Positions 41,760 through 52,044 of a stretch of 64,000 nucleotides of DNA are shown here, in pieces. The DNA lies in the NCBI GenBank assembly GCA_963727805.1, contig CAVSHF010000005.1:480001-544000 (forward strand), read 5' to 3'. This DNA comes from an uncultured Nitrospiraceae bacterium. GTDB taxonomy: Bacteria > Nitrospirota > Thermodesulfovibrionia > Thermodesulfovibrionales > Dissulfurispiraceae. Position 1 is the stretch's first letter; each line of letters begins with the position of its first letter. Below the pieces are notes generated by a model. It did not search any database. It worked only from the letters and a program-made list of their open reading frames with translations, and had not been told where the DNA came from. Position numbers and translations under genes: made by a program.

Positions 41760-43574
41760 CTATCGGCTGGTAACGGCCTTGTTCAATAGCATGGCTTCTG
41801 CAATAGCGATATTTTTCTTTGCCTCGTCATAATCAGGCCTGAGTCTGAGGGCAGCCTGGAACTCCGTTATTGCATCATCAAAAAATCCCCAGCTCAGGTA
41901 GTCGTTTCCAGTGTTATAATGCGTAATCGCATAAGCGGTGTTAATCTCCTTGATGCCCTCCTCCCGGTGACCCGTCCTCAAGAGGGCCAATCCGAGATTG
42001 TTATGCGCATCAATAAATTGAGGATTCAAATTCAGGGCAATCTCATACTGTTCTATTGCCTTGTCAGTCCAGCCTTTCATCCGGTATGCATTGCCCAGAT
42101 TATTGTGGGCCAGATCATAGTCAGGTTCCAGCCTGAGAGCAATTTCATACTGTTCTATTGCACGATCATACTTTCCTTCATCGAAATATATGGGCCCGAG
42201 ATTGTTATGCGGCCGGGCCTTAAGAGGACTCTTTGCCACCACATCCTCCCATATGGTCTTTTGGCTCCCCCAAACAGTGTTCCGTGCATATGCCGCACCG
42301 GCGAGCACCACAACCACTGCAGTCAACGCTGCTGTTACAGCAGGCACTCCTCCCTTCACCACTTTCTTCCGCATAAGCAGAAAAACCACCGTAACCACCG
42401 CCATAAAAAATCCCACTGATGGCAGATACAGGCGGTGCTCGAAAATGACATCGATGATGGGGATGATGCTCGACTCCACCGAGAGCGTTACGAAAAACCA
42501 TAATATGCCGAATGAGATAAGTCTTAACGATGCCTCTCCGCCCCGCTGCGCCTTCCTCAGCAGCACTATCGCCAGCACAAAAAGCCCAAGCAGACACAAA
42601 AAAGAAAACGCCACCTGCGGCTCAAACAGTGAGTGGTATTGAGGATAGTCATAATCAAGGTTTTGACCCACAGGCAGAAACAACAACCGTATATACGTGA
42701 CAATCACCCTGAATTCCGTAATCAGATATTCCCACCGTGACAAGCTCGACTGCACCACCGTCACCTGGCTCACATCGGACAATACCTCTCCCAACGGCTT
42801 GCCCACATTCAGCATGCTCAGAGGAATGACGGCCGCTGTCGCCAGCAGCGGCAATGCCCACAACACCCTCCTCCTCATATCACCCCTGCCGAAAAAAAAC
42901 CATTCATACATCACCACTATAAGCGGCAATGTAAAAGCGATCTCTTTTGTCTTCATCGCCAGTACTGCCGACACCAGCGAAATGCCATAAAGCACATACC
43001 CCCTCCACCCTGGCCCCTCAGCAGATTCCTGAATAAGCCTGAACCGGATGTACGAACACAGCGAGGCACTGTAAAAGAGTGCTGCCAATGACGCAAGTCG
43101 TTGCACGATATACGTCACTGACTCCGTTTGAACCGGATGCACGGTAAATAAGGCTGCTGTAAAAAATGCGAGGATTCTTGAACGGGGCGCCAGTGATGAA
43201 CCCTTCATCAGGGGCGTTTTGAACGTTAGCACCACCAATCCATAGACCAGCAAGGCATTGATGATGTGTATTGCAAGATTGACTATATGGTAGCCTGTCA
43301 CATCGAAACCACCCCATGTATAGTTCAGGGCAAACGTCAGATACCCGATAAAACGATTGGGATTATAGCTGTAACCGGCAGAATTAAAAAGAAAATTACC
43401 GACATCATGGACTACATTGTTGTCTACTATTGAGGATGCGTCATCAAACACAAACGGCACATGAAAACTGTTGGAATAAGCAATGATACCTAACACTGCT
43501 ATCAGAAAGACGCTAATCAATGTCTCTTTTTGCCAGGTATGACTCTCCTCTGACGATCTGGACTTTTTACACAT
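41760..43574 (-). CDS. TMTC-like GT-C membrane glycosyltransferase with C-terminal TPRs (copy 2)
   Basis: YSNSF..PFVFDD, HPVQTESVTYIVQR, KEIA, EHRLYLPS, then TPR repeats. Confidence 0.88.
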   Translation of the reverse strand: MCKKSRSSEESHTWQKETLISVFLIAVLGIIAYSNSFHVPFVFDDASSIVDNNVVHDVGNFLFNSAGYSYNPNRFIGYLTFALNYTWGGFDVTGYHIVNLAIHIINALLVYGLVVLTFKTPLMKGSSLAPRSRILAFFTAALFTVHPVQTESVTYIVQRLASLAALFYSASLCSYIRFRLIQESAEGPGWRGYVLYGISLVSAVLAMKTKEIAFTLPLIVVMYEWFFFGRGDMRRRVLWALPLLATAAVIPLSMLNVGKPLGEVLSDVSQVTVVQSSLSRWEYLITEFRVIVTYIRLLFLPVGQNLDYDYPQYHSLFEPQVAFSFLCLLGLFVLAIVLLRKAQRGGEASLRLISFGILWFFVTLSVESSIIPIIDVIFEHRLYLPSVGFFMAVVTVVFLLMRKKVVKGGVPAVTAALTAVVVVLAGAAYARNTVWGSQKTIWEDVVAKSPLKARPHNNLGPIYFDEGKYDRAIEQYEIALRLEPDYDLAHNNLGNAYRMKGWTDKAIEQYEIALNLNPQFIDAHNNLGLALLRTGHREEGIKEINTAYAITHYNTGNDYLSWGFFDDAITEFQAALRLRPDYDEAKKNIAIAEAMLLNKAVTSR

Positions 43575-45214
43575 GTCCTATTAGCGAGAAATTATCTCGA
43601 GCAGCTGGCGTGCATTTTCCTCGTCAGGCTTTATGGCTAGCCCCGCGGCTAGTTCCTTCCGCGCAAGGTCCATTTGCCCCATTCTATAGTAAATCACCCC
43701 GAGATTAAAATACGCCTTTGCATAATCCGGGTCCCTGCTTATTACAAACTGCGATTCGCCCACAGCCTTATTAAGCATATTAAGCGCCTGATAAACAACG
43801 CCGAGGTTGCTATGCGCTTCGACGTACTCGGGTTGGAGCTTCACCGCAATTTGGATCTCCTTCATTGCCTTGTCGTACAATCTCAGCTTCGCATATTCAG
43901 TCCCAAGGCTGTTGTACCCCCGAGCATTCATGGGACTCTTGCTCACCACATCCTCCCAGATGCTGATGCCGCTCTGCCACACCACGTTCCTTGCGTATGT
44001 TGTCCCGGTCATCGCCACGACCGCCACGGCCAATAGAGCCGCAGCAGCAGGCACTCCCTTCACCACTTTCTTCCGCATAAGCAGAAAAACCACCGTAACC
44101 ACCGCCATAAAAAATCCCACTGATGGCAGATACAGGCGGTGCTCGAAAATGACATCGATGATGGGGATGATGCTCGACTCCACCGAGAGCGTTACGAAAA
44201 ACCATAATATGCCGAATGAGATAAGTCTTAACGATGCCTCTCCGCCCCGCTGCGCCTTCCTCAGCAGCACTATCGCCAGCACAAAAAGCCCAAGCAGACA
44301 CAAAAAAGAAAACGCCACCTGCGGCTCAAACAGTGAGTGGTATTGAGGATAGTCATAATCAAGGTTTTGACCCACAGGCAGAAACAACAACCGTATATAC
44401 GTGACAATCACCCTGAATTCCGTAATCAGATATTCCCACCGTGACAAGCTCGACTGCACCACCGTCACCTGGCTCACATCGGACAATACCTCTCCCAACG
44501 GCTTGCCCACATTCAGCATGCTCAGAGGAATGACGGCCGCTGTCGCCAGCAGCGGCAATGCCCACAACACCCTCCTCCTCATATCACCCCTGCCGAAAAA
44601 AAACCATTCATACATCACCACTATAAGCGGCAATGTAAAAGCGATCTCTTTTGTCTTCATCGCCAGTACTGCCGACACCAGCGAAATGCCATAAAGCACA
44701 TACCCCCTCCACCCTGGCCCCTCAGCAGATTCCTGAATAAGCCTGAACCGGATGTACGAACACAGCGAGGCACTGTAAAAGAGTGCTGCCAATGACGCAA
44801 GTCGTTGCACGATATACGTCACTGACTCCGTTTGAACCGGATGCACGGTAAATAAGGCTGCTGTAAAAAATGCGAGGATTCTTGAACGGGGCGCCAGTGA
44901 TGAACCCTTCATCAGGGGCGTTTTGAACGTTAGCACCACCAATCCATAGACCAGCAAGGCATTGATGATGTGTATTGCAAGATTGACTATATGGTAGCCT
45001 GTCACATCGAAACCACCCCATGTATAGTTCAGGGCAAACGTCAGATACCCGATAAAACGATTGGGATTATAGCTGTAACCGGCAGAATTAAAAAGAAAAT
45101 TACCGACATCATGGACTACATTGTTGTCTACTATTGAGGATGCGTCATCAAACACAAACGGCACATGAAAACTGTTGGAATAAGCAATGATACCTAACAC
45201 TGCTATCAGAAAGA
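42350..45214. repeat. ~1161-bp direct repeat (42350-43510 and 44054-45214; offset 1704)
   Basis: Both ends traced by eye; off-frame ORFs of 68, 97 and 99 aa are identical at an offset of 1704. Confidence 0.92.
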
Positions 45215-45287
45215 TATCTCTCCACCATATTTTCTTTTCAGTATTGTCCGCACTGATCACTGCCGCCTCTTTTGCGTTCTTAGACAT
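43581..45287 (-). CDS. TMTC-like GT-C membrane glycosyltransferase with C-terminal TPRs (copy 1)
   Basis: Same membrane domain as 41760..43574, different TPR region. Confidence 0.88.
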   Translation of the reverse strand: MSKNAKEAAVISADNTEKKIWWRDIFLIAVLGIIAYSNSFHVPFVFDDASSIVDNNVVHDVGNFLFNSAGYSYNPNRFIGYLTFALNYTWGGFDVTGYHIVNLAIHIINALLVYGLVVLTFKTPLMKGSSLAPRSRILAFFTAALFTVHPVQTESVTYIVQRLASLAALFYSASLCSYIRFRLIQESAEGPGWRGYVLYGISLVSAVLAMKTKEIAFTLPLIVVMYEWFFFGRGDMRRRVLWALPLLATAAVIPLSMLNVGKPLGEVLSDVSQVTVVQSSLSRWEYLITEFRVIVTYIRLLFLPVGQNLDYDYPQYHSLFEPQVAFSFLCLLGLFVLAIVLLRKAQRGGEASLRLISFGILWFFVTLSVESSIIPIIDVIFEHRLYLPSVGFFMAVVTVVFLLMRKKVVKGVPAAAALLAVAVVAMTGTTYARNVVWQSGISIWEDVVSKSPMNARGYNSLGTEYAKLRLYDKAMKEIQIAVKLQPEYVEAHSNLGVVYQALNMLNKAVGESQFVISRDPDYAKAYFNLGVIYYRMGQMDLARKELAAGLAIKPDEENARQLLEIISR

Positions 45288-45314
45288 GCCTTCAAAAACC
45301 TATCTTGATAGAGC

Positions 45315-45680
45315 TTACTCCAGACCGAATTTCTTTGTCTGATACCTAAAAGAATTATAACATCTCTTGAACAGTTTGAAGACAAGAGTTTTATTGTGAT
45401 TGGCCTCTCGAGGGGCAATCACAATAAGTCTTTTGTCGAGATCATCGAGTGAGACCCGTTTTTGGGCAGCGCAAATCCATTGTTTGAAACAGTGCCGGGA
45501 GCAACTTTCTCTCCGATAAGCTAGATGAGCAATGCACCGGGAGGATTTGTTCGGCATTTTCAAGCCCCGCAATGATTTCAACGATTTTTTAAAGCTCGCG
45601 CACATTTCCAGCCAGATATACGCAGCCATAATGGAAAGGGCTTCAGGAGAAAAACCTTGGATCATTTTTTGTTATATTAG
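45315..45680 (-). pseudogene. Degenerate 3' fragment of a sigma54 activator
   Basis: MIQGFSPEA...VSLDDLDKRLI...YNSFRYQTKKFGLE matches the C-terminus of 48473..49846. Confidence 0.8.
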
Positions 45681-45844
45681 GCAGTCGAACCGAATGCAGC
45701 AATAATCACACTACCGGAAGTGGCTAAAAATAATATGCCTTATCAAGCGTCCCTGCGTCCAGAGGAAAAAAGATGGGACTGGGTCTTCGGCAACTGAAGA
45801 CTTGATCCTGATACTCATTCTCCTTCTCCTTGACTGAGATAACC

Positions 45845-46320
45845 CTAAAAAGTTTTATTCGAGGCTGCATTTCTTGATTTGATCGCGAAGACTATCGTGA
45901 CTGGTATCCAGCAATTTTGCTGCAGCTGTCTTGTTCCCACCTGTCTCTTCAATGCCTGAATAGTAAGTTTCTTCTCCAGTTCCTCAAGGTCGATGACTCC
46001 ATCAGGAAGGAGAAATTCTTCGGAAATGGCCACCGCAGTTGACTGCTAGATGATCTTTTGGGGGAGATGCTCAGACAACATCATACCGGACCGGTGCTCT
46101 CAAGCACTATAATCCGTTCTATCGTGTACCTGAGTTCCCACACATACCCAGCCACCGGTAAGAACCCATGAGACTTTCCGCTTCCCAGAACAACCCGAAA
46201 TCATGGTTTTATTGTACTTTGCCGAAAGCCTGGAGAGAAAGCGTCTTGCTAGCCGGGGATGTCCTCCCTTCTATCTTTCAGAGAGGGCAAATACATTGAA
46301 AAGGTGTTAAATCTACAAAA
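45845..46320 (-). pseudogene. Second degenerate 3' fragment of a sigma54 activator
   Basis: DRREDIP / RLSAKYNKTMISG / ELRYTIERIIVLEST / LEELEKKLTIQAL across frameshifts. Confidence 0.8.
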
Positions 46321-46425
46321 TATAGAACTTCCTACTGTTGTGGAGGGCACATCATCTTTCCCCCACCCTTTTTGAATGGCGCAACGCCGTATAATTCGCA
46401 AAATAATCGATAAACTTATCTGTGT

Positions 46426-46887
46426 CTAGCGCTCGTTTTTTATCCGCTGAACCTGAATGAGTCCGATACCCTTATCCGCCAGTATCTTCTTAAATTCCGT
46501 AATCAGCGTTTGCACATCAGATGATTCAGGAGAAGTCGATTGGCCGTCTGAATAAATAGAATACTGATAACCCACAATATCGTTTCCATCTGGCGCGATG
46601 CCGTATGCTTTTTGGATCAGAAATTTATACGTCGGCCAATCAAGAAGAGGTTTTGTATTGAACGTATATCCTTTTTCTCTGCCACTCAATCTGGAGATAA
46701 TACCGCTGGGAAAACAGTTTTGAATTGCCACAGCGGCTGCATCCAAAATATCCAGCTCTTTTGCAATAACAAGCTCATAGTTGTTCGTCTCGCTTTCACT
46801 CACTATAGGACTAAATGAAGGGCTGCATGAAAATAAATAAAGACATAAAAAGACAACCACAGCCCTCAAATAATAACCTTGTCGCAT
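46426..46887 (-). CDS. Hypothetical lipoprotein
   Basis: AGGAGG SD; LFS-C lipobox; 153 aa. Confidence 0.7.
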   Translation of the reverse strand: MRQGYYLRAVVVFLCLYLFSCSPSFSPIVSESETNNYELVIAKELDILDAAAVAIQNCFPSGIISRLSGREKGYTFNTKPLLDWPTYKFLIQKAYGIAPDGNDIVGYQYSIYSDGQSTSPESSDVQTLITEFKKILADKGIGLIQVQRIKNER

Positions 46888-46942
46888 AGCTTGCTCCTCC
46901 TAGAAGAACGGTGGCACACTAACCCTATCGCCTGAAACAACA

Positions 46943-47319
46943 TTATCCAACTCTTCGATATCTGGATGATCTTCCGTCCAGTTTCAATGCGCCTCTTTTC
47001 TGAAAATTCATGCTAGTTTATTTTTTGAGTTGGAAAGCTTGAATTTCCATATCATTGTCATAAGATCCGCGTGTTTATCCGGCTTAAGACTAACAACATC
47101 CCCTTGAACGGAGTAGGTCCCCTTCACATTGACTGCTGTCTTCGTCATGTCCCATATTATGCTTCCATGAAATGACTTGTCCTTAAGAAATTCAATTGTC
47201 TACGCCCCACTTATCTTCTACCATCGGCCGACCTGTGCTTCTTCAGGCTTCGAGGCACAGGCCATGAGTAACAAAGCAAACACTATGACACAAGAAAATG
47301 TTCGGATTGATCGTATCAT
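46943..47319 (-). pseudogene. Lipoprotein pseudogene (beta-rich)
   Basis: MIRSIRTFSCVIVFALLLMA-C..GRW*KISGA*TIEFLKD...; two in-frame TAG and a 3' frameshift. Confidence 0.65.
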
Positions 47320-47930
47320 TGTTGATCTAACTCTCCTCAGTTCTTCAACCTTTTCATCACTCTTATTACTTATTCTAACCTTTCCATGCTTAGCAGACTA
47401 AATCTGCTCATGCAAGGTGCATGAGTCCACAAATAAAAAAGCACCTCGACCAAACTTCTCCAGCCAGGAATTCCAAACGCCAAGGAGGCGCTTATGAAGA
47501 AAGGATAACGGATAACGAAGAGAAAAACAATGGATAAAACAGAGTGTTCCCATGAATAAGATCAAATCCCTCAGTCCCTGAATCACCCTTCTGTCGAACA
47601 ATATATTATCACATGTATCTATAGTTGTCATCCGCAAATGCGATAGAATATGATTTTTTCTTTTTATCTTCAAACATGATAGTCTTCGTCACCCGGTGTT
47701 TAGAAAATTATTGCATCTAAACAGCAGCATGTAAAGATCACTTTTTGTGTAAAAAAAATAAGCAATCAGTCAAAAGGTTTTTCCCCTTTCTCCTTATTGT
47801 GGCCAATTTAAACAGCGTTATGCCCACTTATCGCCGCAAATTCACCATATCCAGAACCCATTGCAACGGCGGCCAGACTGCTTCATCTTTAAAATCAATG
47901 CTGTGTTAGCAATAAATTTTCCCCTGCATA

Positions 47931-47946
47931 TGGCATATAAATTGCA
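47931..47946 (+). promoter_or_regulatory. sigma54 promoter
   Basis: TGGCATATAAATTGCA; -12 C is 14 nt before ATG 47959. Confidence 0.68.
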
Positions 47947-47958
47947 AATTAAACGCTC

Positions 47959-48333
47959 ATGAAGAGAATATTGGTCGTCGATGATAATGACTTGATCGTT
48001 TATAGTCTTAGAAAAACGTTTTCCCATTGCCATGCGGAAGTCTGTGTCGCCTGCGACGATCACGATGTATTAGATAAGATCTCATCGCATTCGTATGACC
48101 TCTGCCTTATCGACATCCAGCTCCCCGATATAGATGGCGTCACTATCATGAAACATATAAAAACCTTCTCTCCCTCCACGAAGATAGCGGTCATGTCAGT
48201 ACCGCCTATCAGTGCTGATTCAAAGACGTTCGTAGATACGCAGGAGATCCCAATGATTGCTAAGCCTTTCAATCTGTCTGAAATGAAGACGCTCCTGCAT
48301 GGGCTGCTCGATGAGAAACCCCATACTCTTTGA
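47959..48333 (+). CDS. Single-domain response regulator
   Basis: ILVVDDNDL, CLIDIQLPDIDG, AKPF. Confidence 0.87.
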   Translation: MKRILVVDDNDLIVYSLRKTFSHCHAEVCVACDDHDVLDKISSHSYDLCLIDIQLPDIDGVTIMKHIKTFSPSTKIAVMSVPPISADSKTFVDTQEIPMIAKPFNLSEMKTLLHGLLDEKPHTL

Positions 48334-48472
48334 TCGCCGAAACGCTGCATCAAGATGATGCAGCGAATAACGGCAGGCACATGCCGCCAATACAAATATT
48401 ATTAGTCTTATATTCTGGGAAACTAACTGTGAAGTTTCAGAAGCCGAGATCGGATCGCCGCGCTGAAGGCAC

Positions 48473-49846
48473 TTATTCAAGACCAAATTTCTTTATCTGG
48501 TAACGAAGACTGTCATAACTCAAGCCAAGAAGTTTTGCCGCTAGGGTCTTATTACCTCCTGCCTTTGTCAGGGCCTGCATGATAAGTTTTTTCTCGAGAT
48601 CATCGAGGCTTATACCCTGATCTGGAATAACAAATTCGCCGGCCGGCGGAGTTTCGGTAGTCACTTGCATCGCTATTTCTTTTGGGAGATGCTCCGGCAT
48701 TATGACTTCCGTGCTTTCAAGCACGACGAGACGTTCTATCATATTCCTCAATTCCCGGATATTTCCAGGCCACTGGTAAGAAACCATAAGCCTTTCTACC
48801 TCTGGAGAAAACCCCAAAATCATCGTTTTGTTGTACTTTGCTGCAAGGCGGCCCAGGAAGTGTCGTGCCAATAAGGGGATATCCTCGGTTCTCTCCCTCA
48901 AGGCTGGTATATGAAGTGAAAAAGCATTTAACCGATAAAAAAGGTCGAGCCGAAAATCCCCTTTATCGACCGCCTCCTGAAGGTCGCGGTTCGTGGTCGC
49001 AATAACTACGACGTCGATCAGGAGTTCGTCCTTGGCGCCGATGCGGCGCACCGTCCTCTCCTCTAGGACTCTCAACAGCTTGCTTTGCAGAGCAGTTTTC
49101 ATCTCACCGATTTCATCAAGAAGTATCGATCCCCTGTCGGCAAGCTCGAAAAGTCCCCTCTTGTCTGCTTTTGCGTCTGTAAACGCCCCCTTTTCATACC
49201 CGAAGAGCTCACTCTCAAGGAGGGTCTCAGGCAACGCAGCGCAATTGACGCGTATAAATGGAGAGAATTCCTCTCCGTTCATATGGCGATGTATATATCT
49301 GGCGAGGAGTTCTTTCCCCGTTCCGCTCTCGCCGGTGACAAGGATAGTAGGGACGCGGGAATCGATAAGCTTACAGGCCTTTGCCTTCAATTCCTGTATG
49401 CCTTTTGAGTTACCTATAATCTCCTTCTCATACAATGCATAGTTGACCTTTCTAAGATAATCGACTTCATGTCTGAGCTGGACTTTTTCCTTGATATTCT
49501 TAATGACGATCTTCACTTCGTCCATATTGAAGGGTTTGGTGAAGTAGTCTGCAGCGCCGAGTTTCATCGCTTTGACTGCAGTCTCGGCGGTGTCATCCGC
49601 AGTCAGCATGACAACTTCGGCGTCGAGCTTCGCCTTGATTTCCTCAAGAATATCTATGCCGCTGCGCCCCGGAAGATTGATGTCGAGCATGACAATATCA
49701 GGAGACCGAGAGCGAATCTTATTTATGACATCGTCGGTACCGGCATCAGAATGGACTTCATACCCTTCGTTCTTCAGGGCCCTCGAAAGCATGGATACGA
49801 TCAAGTCATCGTCATCGACAAGAAAGATCTTTCCCTTGCTCTTCAT
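48473..49846 (-). CDS. NtrC/AtoC-family sigma54-dependent response regulator
   Basis: Receiver, GESGTGKE, ESELFG..GAFTDA, LLDEIGE, WPGNIREL, Fis-type HTH. Confidence 0.95.
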   Translation of the reverse strand: MKSKGKIFLVDDDDLIVSMLSRALKNEGYEVHSDAGTDDVINKIRSRSPDIVMLDINLPGRSGIDILEEIKAKLDAEVVMLTADDTAETAVKAMKLGAADYFTKPFNMDEVKIVIKNIKEKVQLRHEVDYLRKVNYALYEKEIIGNSKGIQELKAKACKLIDSRVPTILVTGESGTGKELLARYIHRHMNGEEFSPFIRVNCAALPETLLESELFGYEKGAFTDAKADKRGLFELADRGSILLDEIGEMKTALQSKLLRVLEERTVRRIGAKDELLIDVVVIATTNRDLQEAVDKGDFRLDLFYRLNAFSLHIPALRERTEDIPLLARHFLGRLAAKYNKTMILGFSPEVERLMVSYQWPGNIRELRNMIERLVVLESTEVIMPEHLPKEIAMQVTTETPPAGEFVIPDQGISLDDLEKKLIMQALTKAGGNKTLAAKLLGLSYDSLRYQIKKFGLE

Positions 49847-52044
49847 GTTACATTCTCCTTACGCCGCTTGACAGGAATGTTGATGATAAAAGTAGTGCCG
49901 CGGTCGGGCACGCTCTTTACCGTTAGCGCACCTCCATGCTCTTCTATAAGTCGTTTCGAAATCGGCAGTCCGAGCCCGGTTCCTCTGGCTTTAGTAGTAA
50001 AAAAAGGTTGGAATATCTTATCCATCGCATCAGTCCCAATCCCTTTACCCGTATCGGCAATCTCGATAATGATTGATGGGGTCTCTTCATCGTACCGCGT
50101 TGTTAAACGCAGCGTGCCGCCATCTCTCATTGCGTCGACAGCGTTCAGAATCAGATTAAGAAACACCTGCTTTACTTGCATGGGATCCGCCATCGTGGCA
50201 GGCAGACCGGTATCCAATTCCCTGACGACATTTATGCCCTGCTCTGATAGCACCCCCTTGCCCACAGAAAGCTCCAGGGTTGCATCAAGTATTTTGTTGA
50301 TGTCTATTATGCTGAACTGTGGTTTGGGAGGTCGCGCAAAGTTGAGAAGGTCCTTTAATAGTAGTTCGATCCTGCGAATCTCCCTGACAACCTTGCTTAA
50401 GACTTCCCGGTCCTCCTCCGAGCAGATGGCTTCTTCATAGAGCACTTCCATAGAAGACTTTATACCTGCGAGAGGATTCTTTATCTCGTGGGCGAGGCCA
50501 ACGGCTATTTCGCCTACCTCCTTCATCCGTTCGGCCCGCTGCAGCATTATCTCGGCATTCCTCCGCTCAGTGACATCGCGTGTTACCGATATGATACACT
50601 GTTTCCCCTCATAGTCGATTATCTCCGAAGACCTTAGCATCGTTAGGATGGCACCGGATCGTGTCCTGAAATGGACCTCCATGTTTCGTAACGATCCCTC
50701 CTTCCGAAGCGTCTTCACCATTTCTTTACGCTCATCAGAGTCCGTCCAGATGCCAAGTTCCTTCGCAGTACGGCCAATAACCTCTTCTTTACGGTAACCA
50801 CTCATGCGTTCAAAGGTATCGTTGACTTCTATATAACGGCCGTCATCGAGCGTGCTAATTGTGATCCAATCAGGGCTGGCCTGGAAGGCCTTTGAGAACT
50901 TTGATTCGGATAGGCTCAACGCCTCTTCCGCTTTCTTGCGCTCGGTGATATCCCGGTCGTAGGCGAGAATATATTTATGTCCATCAAGCTCAATCATCCC
51001 CGCAGTGATCTCAACGGGGAAAACGGTACCGTCCTTTTTCAGATGCGTTATTTCTTCCTTTACACTTTCTCCTCTGAGCATCTTCGCTATACGCTCCCCC
51101 ACTCCTCTGGCCGCCTCCGGAGTGTCGACAGCACTGATATTCACACCTACTATATCCTCTATCGCATACCCATGCATGTCGGCAGCCGACCTGTTTGCAG
51201 CGATGATGCGTCCTCTGTCCCCCTCTTCCGCATCAATGATGAAAATTGCATCACCGGCACTCTCAAAGAGTATGCGGTAGCGCTTTTCGCTCTCCTCCAA
51301 TTTCTTAATGTGGCCCGCCAGAGAACCAGCCATTTGATTTATGGAAGTCCCAAGCTCTTCGAATTCGTCCCGCAATCCTTCAATCCGGTGGCCCAGATTA
51401 CCTCCCTTCAGTTTCCTTGTTGCATCAAGCAGTACATTGATCGGTCGTGTAAACCCTCTGATGAAGACATAGGCTAGCAAAAGGGCGAGAAGCGGTCCCA
51501 CCGCAACAAGCACATAAAGGATATTCCTTGAATGATCGATGCGCAGAAGCGAGGTCTGGGTTCTCTTTTCAAGATTGGCCGTAGCCAGCGCAATCATGTT
51601 GTTGACCTTATCAACCAATTCCTCTCCTATTTTGTAGGCATTTTCTTCCTCCTCATCCAATCTTGTGATGTTTGCCCTCATCGTCAGCAACCTGCTTATG
51701 GATTGTTTATACAATTCAATCTGTCGTTCCATATCGTGGAGCCTGTTCTCGACCTCTTCGGTATGATGACAGGAAAAGCATGTCTGGGATATCTGCTCCA
51801 TATTGCGCACATTATTTACCACAGTATCGACGCTCCTGGCATAACGGGTGTTTTTAAGATTGAGGTCGGCCTGAACCTTCTTGATCTCCAAAAGAAGATG
51901 CTCCCGCAGGATCTCAACCTGATGGAGCATGATAAGTCTGTCGAGCATCGTTGTTGACTGAGTAATCGTAAATGCTATATACAGGCCTCCCAGAAAAAAG
52001 ATCACCGCGAAGATACTCAGCCCTATGACGATTCGTTTCTTCAT
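49843..52044 (-). CDS. Sensor histidine kinase (periplasmic CxxCH, HAMP, two PAS, HisKA, HATPase)
   Basis: Two TMs flanking CFSCH; AHEIKNPL; NLILNA; DTGKG; GTGLGL. Confidence 0.93.
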   Translation of the reverse strand: MKKRIVIGLSIFAVIFFLGGLYIAFTITQSTTMLDRLIMLHQVEILREHLLLEIKKVQADLNLKNTRYARSVDTVVNNVRNMEQISQTCFSCHHTEEVENRLHDMERQIELYKQSISRLLTMRANITRLDEEEENAYKIGEELVDKVNNMIALATANLEKRTQTSLLRIDHSRNILYVLVAVGPLLALLLAYVFIRGFTRPINVLLDATRKLKGGNLGHRIEGLRDEFEELGTSINQMAGSLAGHIKKLEESEKRYRILFESAGDAIFIIDAEEGDRGRIIAANRSAADMHGYAIEDIVGVNISAVDTPEAARGVGERIAKMLRGESVKEEITHLKKDGTVFPVEITAGMIELDGHKYILAYDRDITERKKAEEALSLSESKFSKAFQASPDWITISTLDDGRYIEVNDTFERMSGYRKEEVIGRTAKELGIWTDSDERKEMVKTLRKEGSLRNMEVHFRTRSGAILTMLRSSEIIDYEGKQCIISVTRDVTERRNAEIMLQRAERMKEVGEIAVGLAHEIKNPLAGIKSSMEVLYEEAICSEEDREVLSKVVREIRRIELLLKDLLNFARPPKPQFSIIDINKILDATLELSVGKGVLSEQGINVVRELDTGLPATMADPMQVKQVFLNLILNAVDAMRDGGTLRLTTRYDEETPSIIIEIADTGKGIGTDAMDKIFQPFFTTKARGTGLGLPISKRLIEEHGGALTVKSVPDRGTTFIINIPVKRRKENVT

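Noticed and set aside
46943..47319. Two in-frame TAG codons as pyrrolysine or recoding
   Set aside because: The same gene also has a 3' frameshift and TAG ends normal genes in this window; pseudogene is simpler
49469..50440. 323-aa plus-strand ORF
   Set aside because: Antisense shadow of the kinase and regulator genes
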